A stretch of 64,000 nt of DNA. Source: Flectonema sp. DT1601. Lineage: Eukaryota. Below, in pieces: positions 60,135 to 64,000 of this stretch; within the stretch, counting starts at the first letter, position 1; the number at the start of each line of letters is the position of its first letter. Made by a program: the position numbers and the translations under genes. Below the pieces are notes generated by a model, which was given only the letters and a program-made list of their open reading frames with translations, searched no databases and had not been told where the DNA came from. Location: assembly GCA_964019425.1 (NCBI GenBank), contig OZ025785.1, forward strand, positions 744,001-808,000. The letters are read 5' to 3'.

Positions 60135-60368
60135 ACAAAAAAAAAAAAAAAAAATTAAAAATCAACAAAAATTAAAATGGGATACACTGATAATATACTA
60201 TCACGACAACAGCAACAAAAAAAAAAAAAAAAAAAAAAATTGGAATACAAAGAATCCCTGAAACAGAATGTTTGGTTGCAGAAATAAGCAGGTCTACAAA
60301 AAAAAAGAAAATGGAGAAAAAAAAAGGGGAGGGGGAAGGGTATTCAAGGCAATGTATTCGCGCCAAGC

Positions 60369-60401
<33 letters not shown>

Positions 60402-60581
60402 TTTTGATTTTGTAAAATACAACTATATTGTATAATAACATAACAATAAACTCAACATCTACTAAGGATACAATGACTACTTTCTTAACTTAGCCTTTTG
60501 AAGAAACTACTAGGTTTCGAGAAGAAAAAGAAGGGGAGGATGGGGTTATGTTATATCAGACTACAGAAATCAGTATTCATA

Positions 60582-61871
60582 TTATACCATATCAGGTGAT
60601 CCTTCAGCAAGTTCATCATCTCTTGCAGCAGGGGTTGGTGTCTCTGCTATTGGAGGAGGTGTTTCTGGTGTTTCTGGTGTTGGCGTAGGTGTTTCTGGTG
60701 TTGGCGTAGGTGTTTCTGGTGTTGCCGCAGGACCAACGGTTTCGCTAAGAGAAGCTCTGCAGACTGGGCAAGTCATCGGATGTTTCTTTGTTAGCCTTTG
60801 AACAAGCCACTGTTTCAAACAATCGTGATGCATATTATGATTACACGGAGTACTAATCCAAGTATCTTCTGCATCAGGTGAACTTGTTGTTGTTTCTAAA
60901 CAAACACAACACGCCTGACCATCTGGAGAAGCCTGACCTCCTGAAAGCTGTTCCATTAAACTTGTTGCAGTTGTTTCAATCTCAGCCTGTGTCTGTGGAT
61001 AAGTTTCATTGTGTCTGGTCTGTTCTTGACGACGGGTTTCAACAGTAGCAGCCGCTTTCGATCGAGTTTTCCAGTAGTAGAAAGAACAACACCCAACAAT
61101 ACAACCGACAACAATAATTACTGAGATCGCTACAATTCTTGTTGCGAGTTCACCGTCAGAACTAGCTCTTTGCTGTGGTTGTTGTTGCGTACATGAACAC
61201 GGCAGTCTAATACGTGATAATGCTTCAGTGCATTCAAGCATTGGATAATCTTCTGTTCCGTAGCATAACAATTCACATGGACTGCGTAGAGGAGAAGTGA
61301 TGCAGGTACTTCTCGCACCTTGATACCGGACATCGAATGTATCACCAAATTGAACATTACTATTCTCTTTGTAGTATAACGACCATCTAACGTGATCTAT
61401 GTCCCTACTCATGAACCTACCTCTGACGATCCAGGCTATGAAGTTGTCGGCATTAGCTATTAGTGGATACACAGCGAATCCACAAGTTTCACCGTTCCTT
61501 TTTAGACAGTAGCCTCCAATATATATTTGAGTTTTAGAAGCAGAGAAAAGGTTGACTCGGACAAAATGAGATCTCACGAACAACGGAGTTAATTCGATGA
61601 ACTTTTCCGGTCCTTTATTTACATCGATTTCTTCAAATACTGCCATACCACTTCCTGATTGAGTCACGACTCCAAACTCCCGCAGTTCATTTGTTACTGG
61701 TGTAGTCTGCGCGCGATACCTCGCAGCGTTCAGTGTATTGGGTCCGACCAATAATATGTCTTCTAGCTCTGTTGGAATAGGTGTTGGGACCTTCGTGATC
61801 GCATCATTGTGTCCAATATTATGCCCACCACAAACAAGTCCAATCAAGCTGACAAATAAAATCGACTTCAT
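60582..61871 (-). CDS. Membrane-anchored RING-H2 E3 ubiquitin ligase-like protein (429 aa)
   Basis: Signal peptide, TM, CCVCLE..TPCNHNMHHDCLKQWL..CPVCR; Pro/Thr repeat tail. Confidence 0.88.
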   Translation of the reverse strand: MKSILFVSLIGLVCGGHNIGHNDAITKVPTPIPTELEDILLVGPNTLNAARYRAQTTPVTNELREFGVVTQSGSGMAVFEEIDVNKGPEKFIELTPLFVRSHFVRVNLFSASKTQIYIGGYCLKRNGETCGFAVYPLIANADNFIAWIVRGRFMSRDIDHVRWSLYYKENSNVQFGDTFDVRYQGARSTCITSPLRSPCELLCYGTEDYPMLECTEALSRIRLPCSCTQQQPQQRASSDGELATRIVAISVIIVVGCIVGCCSFYYWKTRSKAAATVETRRQEQTRHNETYPQTQAEIETTATSLMEQLSGGQASPDGQACCVCLETTTSSPDAEDTWISTPCNHNMHHDCLKQWLVQRLTKKHPMTCPVCRASLSETVGPAATPETPTPTPETPTPTPETPETPPPIAETPTPAARDDELAEGSPDMV

Positions 61872-61971
61872 TTTTTTTTCTTTTCTTTTTCTGTCTTTGT
61901 TTTTAGTGAGGAGAAATACCTATTTAACAAAAAAAAAAATGATAAAAATATATAAAAACGAATTCAAACAC

Positions 61972-62100
61972 TAGTTAGTTAGTATCATTATTTTTTTAGT
62001 AGAAACGTTAGTATCAAAGTTCTTACATAATTCAACGTTGCTGTATATTATGAGTGCTAGGTAACTCACAGTAACAGAGGACCGGATTGTTTAAGTAGAT
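61972..62100 (-). mobile_element. Short non-autonomous element family A, copy 3 (internally deleted; terminus identical to the PLE terminus)
   Basis: tagttagttagtatcatta is identical to 33168-33186; body matches copies 1 and 2. Confidence 0.7.
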
Positions 62101-62174
62101 TTACTAACACCAAAAAAAAGAGCTTTTCCTACCGTCCAGTAATATAATAATCTAACGATAATATAAAAAAAAAA

Positions 62175-62322
62175 GGGAAAACTCCTAATCCGAACACAAA
62201 AAGTTTCCGAAACCGCCAAACTCAAAACAAAATATTTTTTTTTGTCATGGGATGGAGATGGGCAGGCCACAAGGCACTTTTTTTGGTTTCGGAAACATTT
62301 GTGTCCGGATTAGAGGTTTCCC
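62175..62322. mobile_element. MITE-like foldback element with ~40-bp imperfect terminal inverted repeats
   Basis: gggaaaactcctaatccgaacacaaaaagtttccgaaacc (62175-62214) against ggtttcggaaacatttgtgtccggattagaggtttccc (62285-62322). Confidence 0.65.
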
Positions 62323-62962
62323 AAAAAAACAAAAAGGGCAAATTGGTTGATTATTTTTGTTTATAACGCACGTCTACTAAAAAAACATGGAACCCGATCA
62401 ACTATCAATATTTCAGTCAAATGCTAAAAAAAGATTCAAAAAGAAATTGGGATAAGCTGAATGAATGACGTATATCACATCGTGACATTTTCACTGGTGA
62501 CGTACACTAAGACATCACTCAGATATTTATCATTTAACCAGAAAACTGAAGTAACCAACATTCTCACGGGATTATACTCTCTGGTGAGAAAATTTGAGAT
62601 CAACGCAAAACCAATCAGTATCGAAGCTGATTGACTTCCACAACTCAAGAGAGGTTATTTAATCGATATTCTGTAGTGTCATCTGATGTACTTTGTGGTC
62701 ATCTTAATAATTAGATGTAAACACCACTAATAAAGAAAACAAACAAAAAAAAAAAAAAAAAAAATACTACGTCTAAACAAAAAATCGGAATCTACAAAAA
62801 TATACAACATTAGATAGGTAATGTTTGTACAAATATGATTGATATCCTACGTATGCATCATATAGTTATTGTGGTACAATGTAAGTCTACATCCTGAAAG
62901 TCAATTCTGAGAGATTAGGTCGAGCGCAGGAGAGTTCTCTATAAGAGAGTAGGTTTACCTCA

Positions 62963-64000
62963 CTAGACCGATCCGCTGTCACTATCTGGAGCACCCTTTT
63001 CACTGTAATTCTCGTCATACTCGATATTTAAATGTCTCTTAACTTGTCTTTCGAAAACAGCCTGTCTGTATGCGAGGTCATCAACTGCTGCTTTAGTTTC
63101 GACTGCAGCCTCAAGTATCATCTGGTCGGGAAGAGCAATTGTTTCATTTGATTTTCTAATATCCATTACACCTAATTTTTCAAGAACGGTTCGACCAATC
63201 CAAAGGCTGACAACCAAAGCACAAACACAAGCAAATATTATAAACAACCCAGACATGTGTCTGATTCCAACGACGGCCTCTTCTCCTTCGTCAACGAATT
63301 CTGGGCACTCTGGAGGATGAAACTGAGTGAATAATTCCGAGTACCGCCCGCTGAATTTAGTTTTAACAACAGCAGCATTGGTCCTGCGAATGAAATCTGA
63401 TTCAGAGGAAACAGCTGCCAGTGATATCATAGTCGGATTAAATGAAATGCCACTGAGTTTGACTTTCCCGCAATTATTTGCTAAAAGAGCTGTCAGTGTT
63501 AAGGAATCAGCCATGATACCATTTACACCATTCGACAGCAATTCATTAGTACACCACTCGATACCTCGTTGATTTCCTATAAACTCCGTTGGTGGTTGAA
63601 TCCATTTTTCATGTTGGCATGCAGCTTCAACTTTCCCAAAGGGGCAGCATATAAGTGTATTCTGTGCTTCTGCGAAAGTACCAGGACCATCAGCTTTTAT
63701 TGTCTTCGCAGTTAGTATCGATGCTAAATTAGCAGTGTAGGTACTTTGAATTATTAAAACATAAAATAAAGTACCAATTCGAAGAACACGTCCAAGCCAT
63801 GTAACAACTTCGTATCCCTCACCACCAATCATTAAAGTTGTTAAAGCAAAGTACAGAGCACCGAATCCTCCAGATGGAGTACGTGTCATTTTACTAGCGT
63901 AACGGCTTTCTACTAACCAGAATACAAATGCAGAAGCTAAGATACCTCCGCATATAAGAAGCCATAACTCGGTTGTGTATGGGTCGAAGATACCCCACAT
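62963..64000 (-). CDS. Ionotropic glutamate receptor-like channel, C-terminal part (5' end outside the window)
   Basis: FDPYTTELW-M1, re-entrant loop, M3 motif STYTANLASILT, S2 lobe, M4 GLFIIF. Confidence 0.9.
   Translation of the reverse strand: MWGIFDPYTTELWLLICGGILASAFVFWLVESRYASKMTRTPSGGFGALYFALTTLMIGGEGYEVVTWLGRVLRIGTLFYVLIIQSTYTANLASILTAKTIKADGPGTFAEAQNTLICCPFGKVEAACQHEKWIQPPTEFIGNQRGIEWCTNELLSNGVNGIMADSLTLTALLANNCGKVKLSGISFNPTMISLAAVSSESDFIRRTNAAVVKTKFSGRYSELFTQFHPPECPEFVDEGEEAVVGIRHMSGLFIIFACVCALVVSLWIGRTVLEKLGVMDIRKSNETIALPDQMILEAAVETKAAVDDLAYRQAVFERQVKRHLNIEYDENYSEKGAPDSDSGSV

Overview
AT-rich eukaryotic nuclear DNA with long poly(A)/poly(T) tracts, probably from a euglenozoan protist (diplonemid-like). 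That assignment is an inference from strand-clustered genes, short GT-AG introns and a TATE/VIPER-like relic. Two + strand genes (EGF-like membrane protein, LRR protein) are followed by a gene-free convergent interval holding a decayed DIRS-order retroelement and a 358/360-bp tandem array. Twelve - strand genes follow: an 8-exon lectin/EGF/vWD receptor, a pseudo-metacaspase, a multi-TM protein, an ankyrin protein, a PDZ protein, two paralogous surface proteins, a Rubicon-homology protein, NCKX, a 2558-aa SecA-like ATPase-vWA protein, a RING-H2 membrane ligase and a partial iGluR. The most striking system is a 5'-truncated Penelope-like retroelement (33180-35050). Its RT is fused to a Josephin-like protease domain and it sits in a (TAGT)n site with a 28-bp duplication. 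It has three short non-autonomous relatives in the window. Its 3' UTR carries a complete hammerhead ribozyme core whose three strands are in an order that matches none of types I-III. All assignments were made by eye; no searches or folding programs were run.
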